A stretch of 64,000 nucleotides of DNA from Eledone cirrhosa (lineage: Eukaryota): NCBI GenBank assembly GCA_964016885.1, contig OZ024746.1, positions 1,612,001 to 1,676,000 of the forward strand, in the 5' to 3' direction. Under the pieces are notes generated by a model that saw nothing but the letters and a program-made list of their open reading frames with translations, made no database searches and was not told the origin of the DNA. The translations under genes were made by a program, and so were the position numbers. This document shows positions 32,630-50,374 of the stretch, piece after piece. How positions within the stretch are numbered: the first letter of the stretch is position 1; each line of letters opens with the position of its first letter.

Positions 32630-32980
32630 GTTAGCTATGTAGGTAGATAGATTAATGGGTGGGTAGATATAGGTAAGTAGCTAGCTATGTAGGTAGATTG
32701 ATTAATGGGTGGGTAGATATAGGTAAGTAGCTAGCTATGTGGGTAGATTGATTAATGGGTGGGTAGATATAGGTAAGTAGCTAGCTATGTGGGTAGATAT
32801 AGGTAAGTAGCTAGCTATGTGGGTAGATATAGGTAAGTAGCTAGCTATGTGGGTAGATATAGGTAAGTAGCTAGCTATGTGGGTAGATATAGGTAAGTAG
32901 CTAGCTATGTGGGTAGATATAGGTAAGTAGCTAGCTATGTGGGTAGATATAGGTAAGTAGCTAGCTATGTAGGTAGATTG
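32630..32980. repeat. 30-bp minisatellite ctagctatgtgggtagatataggtaagtag
   Basis: Read directly. Confidence 0.95.
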
Positions 32981-33861
32981 ATATTGCGTCAATAATTATA
33001 TAAAAATGTATAAGAAATAATTTATTTTATAACTAATAAAATAACGAAGAAGTTAAGAAGTGTGCAACATCTTTCAAGAAATGAATTCTTGCTGTTTTAT
33101 TTTATTGTGATTTTTATTAATTCTATAAAGAATAATAAAAAGTATCAAACATGGACAGATGAGCCGCCATCTCCAGCTTTTTAATTTTATCATGACACAT
33201 TTCCAGAGAAAAAGAATTCGGTCAACTGCATCCTACCATCACTAAAGTGCTCTTGGGTCTCCAATAACCCCCCCCCCCCCCCGTTTATTAATTTTGGCAG
33301 ATTTTTCCACCACCCCCGGTTTTATCCCCCTCCCCTACCGCTTATCAAATTTTATTTATCTATCTCTAATGAAATTTTATTTTAAGTGGTAACATTTCTG
33401 CGACTATTAATTTTCTTTAGATATTAAAAAAACATTATAGATGACAAAAAAGTACATTACTAGAAATCCCATTTAAAATAAATAGGATGGGCTGGGGTCT
33501 CAATAGGTAAACTAAACGACTAATTCTGGTTTTTGAAAAAAAATCAACGGTGACAGCCTAGAAAAATTATCGATTTTCCAACACCTCGCTTCCCACCCCC
33601 CTTGTTCGGGACCCGGTAGTAGTGGGAGATTAAGTGAAAACTAGTAAGGTGGTGTGGTGAGGGTTGATGTTTATATGAGAAGCCCGGATGACGCTTACTT
33701 AAACTGCACATTTTCAGTAAAATAACGTCAGACCTCACTACGATTCATTACGTTCGCGTGAGCTGCTCCCGACTTTAGAAGAAACTGAGAAAATAATTTT
33801 TCAAAGACTAAAATCTTGTGCCAAATATGGTAAGCATTTTTTTTTTCCCGTGTATATAATG

Positions 33862-33893
<32 letters not shown>

Positions 33894-34565
33894 CATGTCT
33901 GTGTGTGTGTATATATATATATACATATATATGTATATTATGTATGTATGTATGTATGTATGTATGTATATATGTGTGTGTGTGTATATATATGTATATA
34001 ATGTATGTATATATATATTTATATAATGTATGTATATATATGTATATATATATTTATATAATGTATGTATATAAATGTATATATATATTTATATAATGTA
34101 TGTATATATATGTATATATATATTTATATAATGTATGTATATATATATATATATATATGTATATATAATGTATGTATATATATATATATATGTATACATA
34201 TATGTATGTATATATATATATATATGTATACATATATGTATGTATATATATATATATATGTATACATATATGTTTTCTCTTTCTCTTAATTTCGAGTATA
34301 TTTTTTTGACCGGCCACCTACCTGGTGGCAAGGTTGTAAAAGAAAAGAAATTGTCATCCCTTGAATCGCAAGAATGTTTTGCAAATTTTGAAGGTGCCAT
34401 CTATCGCAGCCATTTGCAGACTATGAATTAGGGAGCTGCGCTTTTTGTCCGCAAATCCAAGTTCAGTCATACTTTGGTCCAAGCGGGTTGGTATATAACC
34501 CGTATATATATATATGTATGTATACATATATGTATATATATATATGTATGTATACATATATGTAT

Positions 34566-34974
34566 GAGAGATGACCCCTTAGCCTTTGTCAAGGCAGAAT
34601 TCTAGGAGAAGGAAAACTCTGATATAACACCTGCAACCCTGATGGTATCCAATGATGTTGACTTGTTCTTCTTTTTGGTAAATATCATCTTGGTTAAGAG
34701 AGTGGGACTGGCTTTGTGCAGTGCCTTTGCTCACTATAAAAGCTTCACAGCACAGGCATTGTTTTATATCTGGAGATCTCTCTGCACTTGTCGTCACATG
34801 GTACCATGGACCCAGCACTATGTGTCAATAATTGTCACAAGTGTAGTGTTTGTACCAGAGTTTTCAAGTCGCTGGCTGGACTAAAAAGTCACATTCGTTC
34901 AGCGCATCGGTAGGGGTTCTCCTACATGGATATAAAGTAGTGGCCGTACTCGAAAACGAGTTGGCAGCCGCCAT
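34566..34974 (+). mobile_element. Dispersed non-coding repeat, partial copy of 58590-59200
   Basis: Near-identical to 58791-59200 over ~410 bp. Confidence 0.8.
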
Positions 34975-37407
34975 GTATATACATATGTATGTATGTATGT
35001 ATATACATATGTATGTATGTATATATGTATGTATATGTATGTATGTATATGTATATATGTATGTATATGTATGTATGTGTATGTATATGTATGTATGTGT
35101 ATATATATATGTATGTATATACATATATGTATGTATATACATATATGTATGTATATACATATATGTATGTATATACATATATGTATGTATATACATATAT
35201 GTATGTATATGTATGTATGTGTATATATATGTGTGTATATATATATGTATGTATATACATATATGTATGTATATACATATGTATGTATATACATATGTAT
35301 GTATATACATATGTATGTATATACATATGTATGTATATACATATGTATGTATATGTATGTATATGTATATATATATGTATGTATGTATATATATATGTAT
35401 GTATGTATATATATATGTATGTATATATATATGTATATGTATGTATGTATATGTATATATATATGTATGTATGTATATGTATATGTATATATATATGTAT
35501 GTATGTATATATATATGTATGTATATATATGTATATGTATATATATATGTATATATATATGTATGTATGTATATATATATGTATGTATGTATATATATGT
35601 ATATGTATATATATATGTATATGTATATATATATGTATGTATGTATATATATGTATATGTATATATATATGTATGTATGTATATATATGTATATGTATAT
35701 ATATATGTATGTATGTATATGTATGTATATGTGTATGTATATGTATGTATATGTATATATATATGTATGTATATGTATATATATATGTATGTATATATAT
35801 ATGTATATATATATGTATGTATATATGTATATATATATGTATGTATATATGTATGTATATATGTATGTATATATGTATGTATATATGTATGTATATATGT
35901 ATGTATATATGTATATATATATGTATATATATATGTATGTATATATGTATATATATATGTATATATATATGTATATATGTATATATATATGTATATATAT
36001 ATATGTATATATATATGTATATGTATATGTATATGTATATATATATGTATATATATATGTATATATATATGTATATGTATATGTATATATATATGTATAT
36101 ATATATGTATATATATATGTATATATATATGTATATATATATGTATATATATATGTATATATATATGTATATATATATGTATATGTATATATATATGTAT
36201 ATATATATGTATATATATATATATGTATATGTATATATATATGTATATGTATATGTATATATATATATGTATATGTATATGTATATATATATATATATGT
36301 ATATGTATATATGTATATGTATATATGTATATGTATATATATGTATATGTATATATATGTATATGTATATATATGTATATGTATATATATGTATATGTAT
36401 ATATATGTATATGTATATATGTATATGTATATATATATATGTATATATATGTATATGTATATATATATGTATATATATATATGTATATATATGTATATGT
36501 ATATATATATGTATATGTATATATATATGTATATGTATATATATATGTATATATATGTATATGTATATATATGTATATATATGTATGTATATGTATATAT
36601 ATATGTATATATATGTATATGTATATATATGTATGTATATGTATATATATGTATGTATATGTATATGTATATATATATATATGTATGTATATGTATATAT
36701 ATGTATGTATATGTATATGTATATATATATATATATAGTATATGTATATGTATATATATATGTATATGTATATGTATATATATATGTATGTATATGTATA
36801 TATATGTATATGTATATATATATATATGTATATGTATATATATATATATGTATATATATGTATATGCATATATATATGTATATATATATGTATGTATATA
36901 TATGTATATGTATGTATATATATGTATATGTATATATATATGTATATGTATATATATATGTATGTATATATATATGTATGTATATGTATATATGTATGTA
37001 TGTATATATATATGTATGTATATGTATATATGTATGTATATGTATGTATGTATATATATATGTATGTATATATATATGTATGTATATGTATATATGTATG
37101 TATATGTATATATGTATGTATATGTATATATATATGTATGTATATGTATGTATATGTATATATGTATGTATATGTATATATGTATGTATATGTATATATA
37201 TATGTATGTATATGTATATATATATGTATGTATATATATATGTATGTATATATATATGTATGTATATATATATGTATATGTATATATATATGTATATGTA
37301 TATATATATGTATATATATATGTATATGTATATATATAATGTATATGTATATATATGTATATGTATATATATATGTCTGTATATATATATGTATGTATAT
37401 ATATATG

Positions 37408-37440
<33 letters not shown>

Positions 37441-37467
37441 GTATATATGTATATATATGTATATATG

Positions 37468-37520
<53 letters not shown>

Positions 37521-37527
37521 GTATATG

Positions 37528-37613
<86 letters not shown>

Positions 37614-37752
37614 ATGTATATATATATGTATATGTATATGTATGTATATGTATATGTATATATATATATATGTATATATGTATATGTATATATGTATATA
37701 TATATATGTATATATATATATATGTATGTATATATATATATATGTATATATG

Positions 37753-37783
<31 letters not shown>

Positions 37784-37849
37784 GTATATGTATATATATA
37801 TATGTATATATATATATGTATATATATGTATATGTATATATATATATGT

Positions 37850-37909
<60 letters not shown>

Positions 37910-38060
37910 GTATATATATTATGTATATATATATATGTATATATATATATGTATATATATGTATATATATATATGTATATATATATATGTATATATATAT
38001 ATGTATATATATATATGTATATATATATATGTATATATATATATGTATATATATATATTA

Positions 38061-38097
<37 letters not shown>

Positions 38098-38174
38098 TAT
38101 ATGTATATATATATATGTATATATATATATGTATATATATATATGTATATATATATATGTATATGTATATATGT

Positions 38175-38221
<47 letters not shown>

Positions 38222-38288
38222 GTATATATATATATGTATATATATATATGTATATATATATATGTGTGTATATATATATATGTATATG

Positions 38289-38319
<31 letters not shown>

Positions 38320-38413
38320 GTATATATATATATGTATATATATATATGTATATATATATATGTATATATATATATGTATATATGTATATGTATATATGTA
38401 TATTATATATATG

Positions 38414-38448
<35 letters not shown>

Positions 38449-38504
38449 GTATGTATATATATGTATATATATATATATATAATATAAGTATATATATATA
38501 TGTA

Positions 38505-38570
<66 letters not shown>

Positions 38571-38759
38571 GTATATATATGTATATATATGTATATATAT
38601 ATATATATATGTATATATATGTATAATATTATATATATATATATATATGTATATATATGTATATATATATATGTATATATATGTATATATATATATATGT
38701 ATATGTATATATATGTATATATATGTATATATATGTATATATATTATATTATATGTATA

Positions 38760-38805
<46 letters not shown>

Positions 38806-38858
38806 ATATATATATATGTATATATATGTATATATATATATATATATGTATATATATG

Positions 38859-38909
<51 letters not shown>

Positions 38910-39026
38910 GTATATATGTATATATATGTATATATGTATATATATGTAATATGTATATATATTATATATGTATATAATATATATATGTATGTATATATAT
39001 ATATATATATATATATGTATGATATA

Positions 39027-39096
<70 letters not shown>

Positions 39097-39692
39097 TGTC
39101 TATATATGTATATATATATATATATATGTATGTATATATATATATATATATGTATGTATATATATATATATATATATGTATGTATATATATATATATATA
39201 TGTATGTATATATATTGTATATATATATATATATATGTATGTATATATATATATATATATGTATGTTATATATGTATATCTATATATATATATGTATGTA
39301 TATATATATATATATATGTATGTATATATATGTATATATATATATATATATGTATGTATATATATATATATATATGTATGTAATATGTATATATATATAT
39401 ATATGTATGTATAAATATATATATGTATATATATATATATATATGTATGTATAATATATATGTCTATAATATATATATATATATATATGTATGTATATAT
39501 ATATATATATGTATGTAATATATGTATATATATATATATATGTATGTATATATATATATATATGTATTATATATATATATATATGTATGTATATATATAT
39601 ATATATGTATGTATATATATATATATGTATATATATATATGTATGTATGTATATATATATATATATGTATGTATATATAATATATATGTATG

Positions 39693-39745
<53 letters not shown>

Positions 39746-39818
39746 GTATGTATATATATATATATATGTATGTATATATATATATGTATGTATATATATA
39801 TATGTATGCTATATATAT

Positions 39819-39855
<37 letters not shown>

Positions 39856-39933
39856 ATATATATATATGTATGTATATATATATAATATATGTATGTATAT
39901 ATATATATATATATATGTATATTTATATATATG

Positions 39934-39964
<31 letters not shown>

Positions 39965-39991
39965 GTATATGTATATATATGTATATATATA
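34975..39991. repeat. ~5-kb (TA)n/(TATG)n microsatellite
   Basis: Read directly; similar tracts at 41890-43170, 45940-48495, 50092-51130 and 57365-57803. Confidence 0.97.
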
Positions 39992-41890
39992 TAGTTAACC
40001 AAGTCGTACAGAATGGGGTTGTTCCGAAGGACTGGCATAGCAGCATCATCATAACTGTTATAAGGTGTAAGGAGACGCCCTAGATAGGAGTAACTATAGA
40101 GGCATTAAATTAATCGACCAGGTCATGAAGGTCACGGAAAAAGTAATAGCGCAACTAATCAGAGAGAGAATTGACCCTAGATGAAATGCAGTTCGGGTTT
40201 GTGTTAGGCAAAAGCACCACAGACGCTCTTTTCATAGTACGACAACTACAGGAGAAGTACCTAGCTAAAGGTAAACCCTTCTACTTAGCTTTTGTCGACC
40301 TGGAGAAAGCCTTCGATAGAGTCCCCCGCTCCATTATCTGGTGGGCTCTTAGAAAACTAGGCGTTGACGAATGGCTTGTGAGGGCTATACAAGCCATGTA
40401 TAAAGAAACAGTCAGCAAGGTTAGAATTAACAACGAATATAGTGAAGAGTTTAGCGTAAAAGTTGGCGTCCATCAGGGCTCTGTTCTCAGCCCCCTACTA
40501 TTTATTATTGCCCTTCAGGCTATAACAGAGGAGTTCAAGACAGGCTGCCCATGGGAACTCCTATACGCAGACGACCTGACACTCATAGCGGAATCAATGG
40601 CCGAGCTAGAGAAGAAATTCCAAACATGGAAGCACGGCCTAGAGTCAAAAGGACTTAAAATTAACCTGGCTAAGACCAAAGTTCTAGTTTGTAGGAAAGA
40701 AAACAAGGCGGCGGTCCCTTCTGGGAAATGGTCGTGCTCGGTATGTAGGAAAGGCGTAGGTAGAAACTCCATTTTATGTCCTAAATGCAAAGTATGGGTG
40801 CATAAAAGATGTAGTGGGATCACAGGTAAGCTAACTAAGAACATAGACTTTACATGTGGCTGGTGTTCTGGTGCAATAAGTAGCAGCAAGTGCCCACAAA
40901 ATACTAGCTCTTTCAATTGCGCAGAGGGTTCTATAGAAATAGTGGACAGCTTCCGTTACCTGGGCGATAAAATCAGCAGTGGGGGAGGGTGCTCTGAAAG
41001 TACTGTAGCTAGAGTCAGAACTGGTTGGAAAAAGTTCAGAGAGCTTATACCACTATTAGCCGCTAAAGGGTTCTCCCTAAAAATGAAAGGCAGGTTGTAC
41101 GATGCCTGCATACGAACAGCAATGTTGCATGGTAGTGAGACCTGGGCATTGTGTGCAGAGGATATATGCAGACTAGAGAGGAACGAAGCTTGCATGCTCC
41201 GCTGGATGTGTAACAGTAATATACGTGAACGGCAAAGCATAAACGAACTAAGGAAAAAATTAGAGATAAGAGGGATCAGATGTTGTTTACTCGAGAGAAG
41301 GCTGCGTTGGTATGGACACGTGATGCGCATGAAAGTCGATAGCTGTATAACAAAGTGCAGGGCAATAAAGATAGACGGTAGCCACGGAATAGGCAGACCT
41401 AGAAAAACATGGGATGAGCTGATAAACTCCGACCTCACACACTTACACCTCTCCAAGACAATGTCACTGGACCGAGACCTTTGGCGGTATTCAGTAACAG
41501 AGAAGACCCGCCTTGCCAGTAGGCATCTCTAACAAAATACACCCCGTCCCGCCACCACCCCCACCTCATCCACACCACCCCGTTCTATGTAAAGTTATGT
41601 TGGTGCCACGCCATCCAGGCCGAAACAAATGAGATCGTGTAGGTGTCACGACAAAAAAACACACAGTCCACGCTGTAATGTGGCCGTGTAGGCAACACGG
41701 TAAAAACCTCCCAGACCCACACTGTAAATGTGGTTGGTGTTAGGAAGGGCATCCAACTGTAGAAAACCTGCCAGACAGTCCTATGCGAGCAAGACAATCA
41801 CTCTTGCCTCAAGTGGGACTACCCCCGTCCAAACCCATGCAAGCGTGGAACACGGACGTTAAACGTTGATGATGATGATGATGATGATGA
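39991..41890 (+). mobile_element. 5'-truncated RTE-clade LINE (RT, internal PHD-type finger, 3' UTR, (GAT)n tail)
   Basis: ORF 40171-41532 with AFVDLEKAFDRV, GVHQGSVLSPLLF, LYADD, RWYGHV and GRPRKTW; frameshifted upstream VPKDW..NYRGIKL; tail ggacgttaaacgtt(gat)n. Confidence 0.93.
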
Positions 41891-42344
41891 TATGTATGTA
41901 TATATATGTATATATATATATGTATATATATATATGTATATATATGTATATATATATAGATATGTATATATATATATGTATATATATGTATATATATATA
42001 TATGTATATATATATATGTATATATATATATGTATATATATATGTATATATATATATGTATATATATATGTATATATATATATGTATATATATATATATG
42101 TATATATATATATGTATATATATATATATGTATATATATATATGTATATATATATATGTATATATATATATATGTATATATATATATGTATATATATATA
42201 TGTATATATATATATGTATATATATATATATGTATATATATATATGTATATATATATATGTATATATATATATGTATATATACATATGTATATATATATA
42301 TGTATATATATATATGTATATATATATATGTATATATATATATG

Positions 42345-42696
<352 letters not shown>

Positions 42697-42705
42697 CATA
42701 TATAC

Positions 42706-42738
<33 letters not shown>

Positions 42739-42857
42739 CATATATACATATATATATATACATATATATATATACATATATATATATACATATATATATA
42801 TACATATATATATATACATATATATATATACATACATATATATATACATATATATAT

Positions 42858-42940
<83 letters not shown>

Positions 42941-42973
42941 TATATACATATATATATATACATATATATATAC

Positions 42974-43028
<55 letters not shown>

Positions 43029-43538
43029 CATATATATACATATATATATATACATATCTATATATATATACATATATATACATATATATATATACATATA
43101 TATACATATATATACATATATATATATACATATATATATATACATATATATACATATATATATATACATATCATCATCATCATCATCATCATCAACGTTT
43201 AACGTCCGTGTTCCACGCTTATATATATATGTATATGTATGTGTATGTGTATATGTGTATGCGTGCAAATTATATGTGTATATATGTGTGTGTGTGTAAG
43301 TATGCTTTTGGGTTTTTTTGTGTGTGTTTGCATGTGTAGTTTTATTTTATTTTATTTTTCCTTTCCTTCTCCCTTTTCCAGCCTCACTTTCATATAGATT
43401 GCATTTTCGTTTTTAGAATCCATATTCAATAAACAAACCAGGATTTTTCATTCTGAGGATTGAAAGCAAAACCTTTTGCTTTTAAGAAACCACTGGTAAA
43501 TGGAATAATTGCCTTATGTTGTTTATTACATAATAATA

Positions 43539-43623
<85 letters not shown>

Positions 43624-43666
43624 CATATATATATATACATATATATATATACATATATATATATAC

Positions 43667-43713
<47 letters not shown>

Positions 43714-43716
43714 TAC

Positions 43717-43747
<31 letters not shown>

Positions 43748-43800
43748 CATATATATATATATACATATATATACATATATATATATACATATATATATAT

Positions 43801-45938
43801 GTATCCAAGAGTGTCACCCTGACAACATCTTAATGATGGGGGACTTCAACCTCCCCGGAGTTGACTGGTCCACAAACACCCTGCCACCAGGTTCTTCTGC
43901 CTCAACCTCTGACAGGGAAGCTGTGGAATCGCTTCTTGACTTCATGGATGATTTCTTCCTATCCCAACTAGTGCTCGAACCAACGAGGTGCCACAAAAAC
44001 GTCCTAAACTTAATTTTCAGCAATCACACTGACAATATCCACAATATTGCAGTGGAGAAAACTCTACTCTCTGATCATGACATGGTTCTCTGTGATCTGA
44101 GATTCCACCGTCCAATATACAAACCCAATGTCATCTCTCCTGTCCATCCGTTTGACGCTATGGATTTCCACAATGCAAACTGGGAAGCGATCAGTCATGA
44201 TCTTGCACATGTCGACTGGTCCTTCACGCACACTCATACACCCACTAACATCAAAAAGTCCTGGCAGACATTTGTGGACACTGTTACAAACATATGTGCT
44301 AAACACACCCCATTAAGAACTATAAACAAATCTAAGAGCAGAATCCCTAGAAATAGAAAAACGCTCATCAGAAAAATTAAGAGAACGAACAAAAAAATCA
44401 ACAAGCTGAAATACTGTCAGCAGCAACACATCAACTTGACTGCCATTTCATCACTAGAGATTAAAAAACATAACCTCCAAAACAACATAATGTCCCTCAT
44501 CAACAATCAGAGAAGAGCTGAAGAGGCCTGGGCCATTGAGAAGATCAAACTCAATCCCAAAGTGATCTTTTCATTTGCAAAAAAACACAAAATCACTGGC
44601 TCTACTGTTGGCCCTCTAATTGATGAAAATGGCACTCTTCAAGACAATGCTAAAACCATGGGTGAGATACTGCAGAAACAATACTGCTCTGTTTTCAGCA
44701 ATCCTGATATGGCCGATCTGGGCTGTATCGGCGATGTTACTCCCCATTACACCTTATCGGACATAACGTTTGGCGCCCCTGATGTCTTGGCGGCAATAAA
44801 GGAAATCAAGCATAATTCAGCAGTAGGTCCCGATAGGTTCCCTGCTTGTGTCTTGAAGGCGTGTCAACACCAACTTGCTTCTCCTCTTGCCAATCTGTGG
44901 CGGAACTCACTGGATGCTGGATATGTGCCAGAAAACCTTCTATCCCAGTCTGTTGTCCCAGTTTTCAAAAAGGGAAACAAATCCCTTGCCGTGAATTACC
45001 GTCCAATCTCACTCACCTCTCATATCATTAAGGTATTTGAGCGAGTGGTGAGATCGCGAATGACCCACTTCCTTGAGAGTAACAATATGCTGAACTCCAA
45101 CCAGTATGGATTCCGTAATGGAAGGGATTGCCTGACGCAACTACTGCATCACTTTGATGACATTTTGAGAGCCTTGGGAGAGGGTTCCAACACTGATGTT
45201 ATCTACCTTGATTTCAGCAAGGCCTTTGACAGGGTTGATCATAACATTCTACTGAGAAAGCTGTCCAATATTGGTGTCACTGGAAAGCTGCTGCAGTGGA
45301 TCAAGAGCTTCCTGTCAAACAGAACCCAACATGTTGTAGTTGAGGGAGTCAAATCAAGCCCAGCCAAAGTCAGTAGTGGAGTCCCACAAGGCACTGTGTT
45401 GGGCCCACTTCTCTTCATCATCTATATTAATGACATCACTGACATCATCAAACACAGCAACATTAAAATTTTCGCTGATGATTCCAAGCTCCAACGTCGC
45501 CGTGAGCGTTATATTATCTGCATGATGTGGAAAATGTTCCATCATCACTGCCCAAATGATGTTGGCATCGCCTTCAAGATACACCCAAGGCTTGGGCCCC
45601 GTGCTATCCGTCCCATTCAAAAATCTAAATCGCAACTCATAACAACAATACGGCACAATTATTTCACCTCAATCGGCCCTGCTCTCTTCAACATCACACC
45701 AGGACACGTCAAAACAGAAACTGACCACTCAAAATTCAAGAAGTCTTTGGACAAATTCCTCCAAGTAATCCCGGACAAACCACCCACACCCGGATATGTC
45801 TCCGCAAACAGTAATTCTCTTCTCGAATGGGCCATGGTGCCCAAATCCTGAATTGAAAGACTTCGCCAGGTGGTGCTATTAAGTTAGACATGGCCTGGGC
45901 CAATACTGGCCAAAACATTTCAAAGTTATTCAAAGTTA
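43801..45938 (+). mobile_element. 5'-truncated CR1/L2-group LINE with internal deletion
   Basis: MGDFN and SDH endonuclease motifs, [32 protein letters not shown]; short tandem tail ttcaaagtta x2. Confidence 0.92.
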
Positions 45939-45944
45939 TATATG

Positions 45945-46089
<145 letters not shown>

Positions 46090-46090
46090 G

Positions 46091-46142
<52 letters not shown>

Positions 46143-46150
46143 TATATGTG

Positions 46151-46267
<117 letters not shown>

Positions 46268-46268
46268 G

Positions 46269-46423
<155 letters not shown>

Positions 46424-46682
46424 GTATATATATATGTATATATATATATATATGTATGTATATATATGTATATGTATATATATATATGTATATATATATA
46501 TGTATATGTATATATATATATGTATATATATGTATATATATATATGTATATGTATATATATATATGTATATATATGTATATGTATATATATATATGTATA
46601 TATATGTATATGTATATATATGTATATGTATATATATATATGTATATATATGTATATATATGTATATGTATATATATATATG

Positions 46683-46731
<49 letters not shown>

Positions 46732-46732
46732 G

Positions 46733-46883
<151 letters not shown>

Positions 46884-46896
46884 GTATATATATATG

Positions 46897-46977
<81 letters not shown>

Positions 46978-47102
46978 GTATATATATATGTATATATATA
47001 TGTATATATATATGTATATATATATGTATATATATATGTATATATATATGTATATATATATGTATATATATATGTATATATATATATATGTATATATATA
47101 TG

Positions 47103-47135
<33 letters not shown>

Positions 47136-47148
47136 GTATATATATATG

Positions 47149-47201
<53 letters not shown>

Positions 47202-47214
47202 GTATATATATATG

Positions 47215-47348
<134 letters not shown>

Positions 47349-47360
47349 TGTATATATATG

Positions 47361-47393
<33 letters not shown>

Positions 47394-47407
47394 GTATATG
47401 TATATAT

Positions 47408-47439
<32 letters not shown>

Positions 47440-47450
47440 GTATATATATG

Positions 47451-47483
<33 letters not shown>

Positions 47484-47488
47484 GTATA

Positions 47489-47541
<53 letters not shown>

Positions 47542-47722
47542 GTATATATATGTATATATATATGTATATATATGTATATATATATGTATATATATATGTA
47601 TATATATATGTATATATATATGTATATATATATATGTATATATATATATATGTATATATATATGTATATATATATGTATATATATATGTATATATATATA
47701 TGTATATGTATATATATATATG

Positions 47723-47753
<31 letters not shown>

Positions 47754-47794
47754 GTATATATATGTATATATATATATATATATGTATATATATG

Positions 47795-47849
<55 letters not shown>

Positions 47850-48598
47850 GTATATATATATGTATATATATGTATATATATATGTATATATATGTATATA
47901 TATATGTATATATATGTATATATATATGTATATATATATGTATATATATGTATATATATGTATATATATGTATATATATATGTATATATATGTATATATA
48001 TGTATATATATGTATATATATATGTATATATATGTATATATATGTATATATATATGTATATATATGTATATATATATATGTGTATATATATATGTATATA
48101 TATGTGTATATATATATGTATATATATGTGTATATATATATGTATATATATGTGTATATATATATGTATATATATGTGTATATATATATGTATATATATG
48201 TATATATATATGTATGTATATATATGTATATATATATGTATATATATATATGTATATATATATCTATATATATATGTATATATATATATGTATATATATA
48301 TCTATATATATATGTATATATATATCTATATATATATGTATATATATATATGTATATATATATGTATATATATATATGTATATATATATATGTATATATA
48401 TATATGTATATATATATGTGTATATATATATATGTATATATATATATGTATATATATATGTATATATATATATATATGTATATATATGTATATATTTTTT
48501 TTCCCGTTCTTTGCCAGCGAACGTTACCACGAACCAAAGTATCGTCTTCCTGTCTTCCTCCGGTTGCAATGTTTTTTGAAATATCCACTTCTGCGTTT

Positions 48599-48674
48599 AC
48601 AGATTGACTTTGTTAGTTTCAGAAGATCCCGTTAAGGGTGAAAGCAGCGATTCTTTGCTTAAACTTTAATCTGT
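48599..48674 (+). ncRNA. Extended type I hammerhead-like motif with variant core (family B)
   Basis: Stem I agttt/aaact plus distal acagattga/ttaatctgt across a bulge; core CAGAAGA (U4 to A); stem II ccc-gttaa-ggg with U-U at its base; GAAA 48640-48643; stem III gca/tgc; CUU triplet; AATAAA at 48681. Confidence 0.65.
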
Positions 48675-48778
48675 TATTTTAATAAATATTTGCTCTACGG
48701 TTCTTATATATTTGATATATATTTTCCTTATCGAGCCCTCTCTGGATTTTAGTCTTCAATTTTATTATTATTACTATA

Positions 48779-48871
<93 letters not shown>

Positions 48872-48878
48872 GTATATG

Positions 48879-48928
<50 letters not shown>

Positions 48929-48959
48929 AATATATATATGTATATATATAAATATATAT

Positions 48960-50092
48960 GCAGTCGCAGCAAATGGGGCCCTCTCGAGGGAGACACCGAT
49001 AACAAGTGGGGTGCCCCAGGGGACAGTCCTGGGACCACTACTGTTTTTGGTGGCTCTCTCGGACATGCCCTCTGTGGTGCATGCAACAACATCCCTCACT
49101 AGCTATGCTGATGACACTAAGGTAGCACAGGCAATCAAAAACCCGGCTGACGCTGCCCTTTTACAGCAGGATCTGGATGCCATATACAGATGGGCGGAAG
49201 AAAACAACATGCAGTTTAATGCTGGCAAATTCCAAGCCCTACAATACAAACCTGCAAACACAAATATAATGGAACACAGCTACACAGGACCAGGAGGGAC
49301 CGATATCCCCGTGTCAAAATCGATACGAGACCTGGGCATAGACATGAGCGATGATGCATCTTTTTCTTCACACATCATGAAAGTGGCGACAACATGCAGA
49401 CGACTCGCTGGCTGGATCTTGAGGACTTTCCGGACAAGAGATCGAGACACCATGTTGACACTGTGGAGGACTTTTGTCCTAAGCCGCCTGGACTACTGCT
49501 CCCAGTTGTGGTCACCCCATAGTGTCAAACTAACCACGGAGCTTGAGGCAATCCAGCGAAGCTACACCAAGAGGATTGCCAAGATGAGGGAGACAAGCTA
49601 CTGGGAGAGGCTAAAGGAACGGAACCTCTACTCCTTGGAGCGAAGACAGGAGAGATACGCAGTGATCTACATGTGGAAAATCCTGGAGGGACTAGCACCA
49701 AACTTTGGCATTGGGAGCTGGACCAACCGTCGAACAGGACGTCACTGTGTGGTGCCAAAGGTCCCGTCTTCCACATCTAGAATAAGGAGCAGGTATTGCA
49801 ATAGCCTGGGATTCAAGGGCCCTCAACTCTTCAACAGGCTGCCGAGGCATCTGCGAGACTTGCATGACGTGGAGGTGGATGTCTTTAAGAAACATCTCGA
49901 CACCTTGTTATCCAGGATCCCGGATGAGCCCACAGCAAGACACGAGGGAAACCTAAGGGCAGCAGCAACAAACTCCCTCCTGCACCAGTGGACAACCTAT
50001 ACAGGCTGGAGATAAAACGTGTAGCAACAAGGGCGGTGCCCCAGCATGACCTCAGCCGGATGGCTGAAACAGGTAAAAGAGTAAAAGAGTAT
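48960..50092 (+). mobile_element. 5'-truncated CR1/L2-group LINE, second subfamily
   Basis: ORF 49011-50015 [25 protein letters not shown]; tail gtaaaagagtaaaagagta. Confidence 0.92.
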
Positions 50093-50129
50093 GTATATAT
50101 ATATATATATATGTGTGTATATATATATG

Positions 50130-50178
<49 letters not shown>

Positions 50179-50193
50179 GTATATATATATGTA

Positions 50194-50226
<33 letters not shown>

Positions 50227-50265
50227 GTATATATATATGTATATATATATATGTATATATATATG

Positions 50266-50298
<33 letters not shown>

Positions 50299-50327
50299 GT
50301 ATATATATATATGTATATATATATATG

Positions 50328-50374
<47 letters not shown>

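Noticed and set aside
43445-43490. CTGAGGA tt GAAA followed by a hairpin
   Set aside because: No stem II and no stem I pairing; likely chance.
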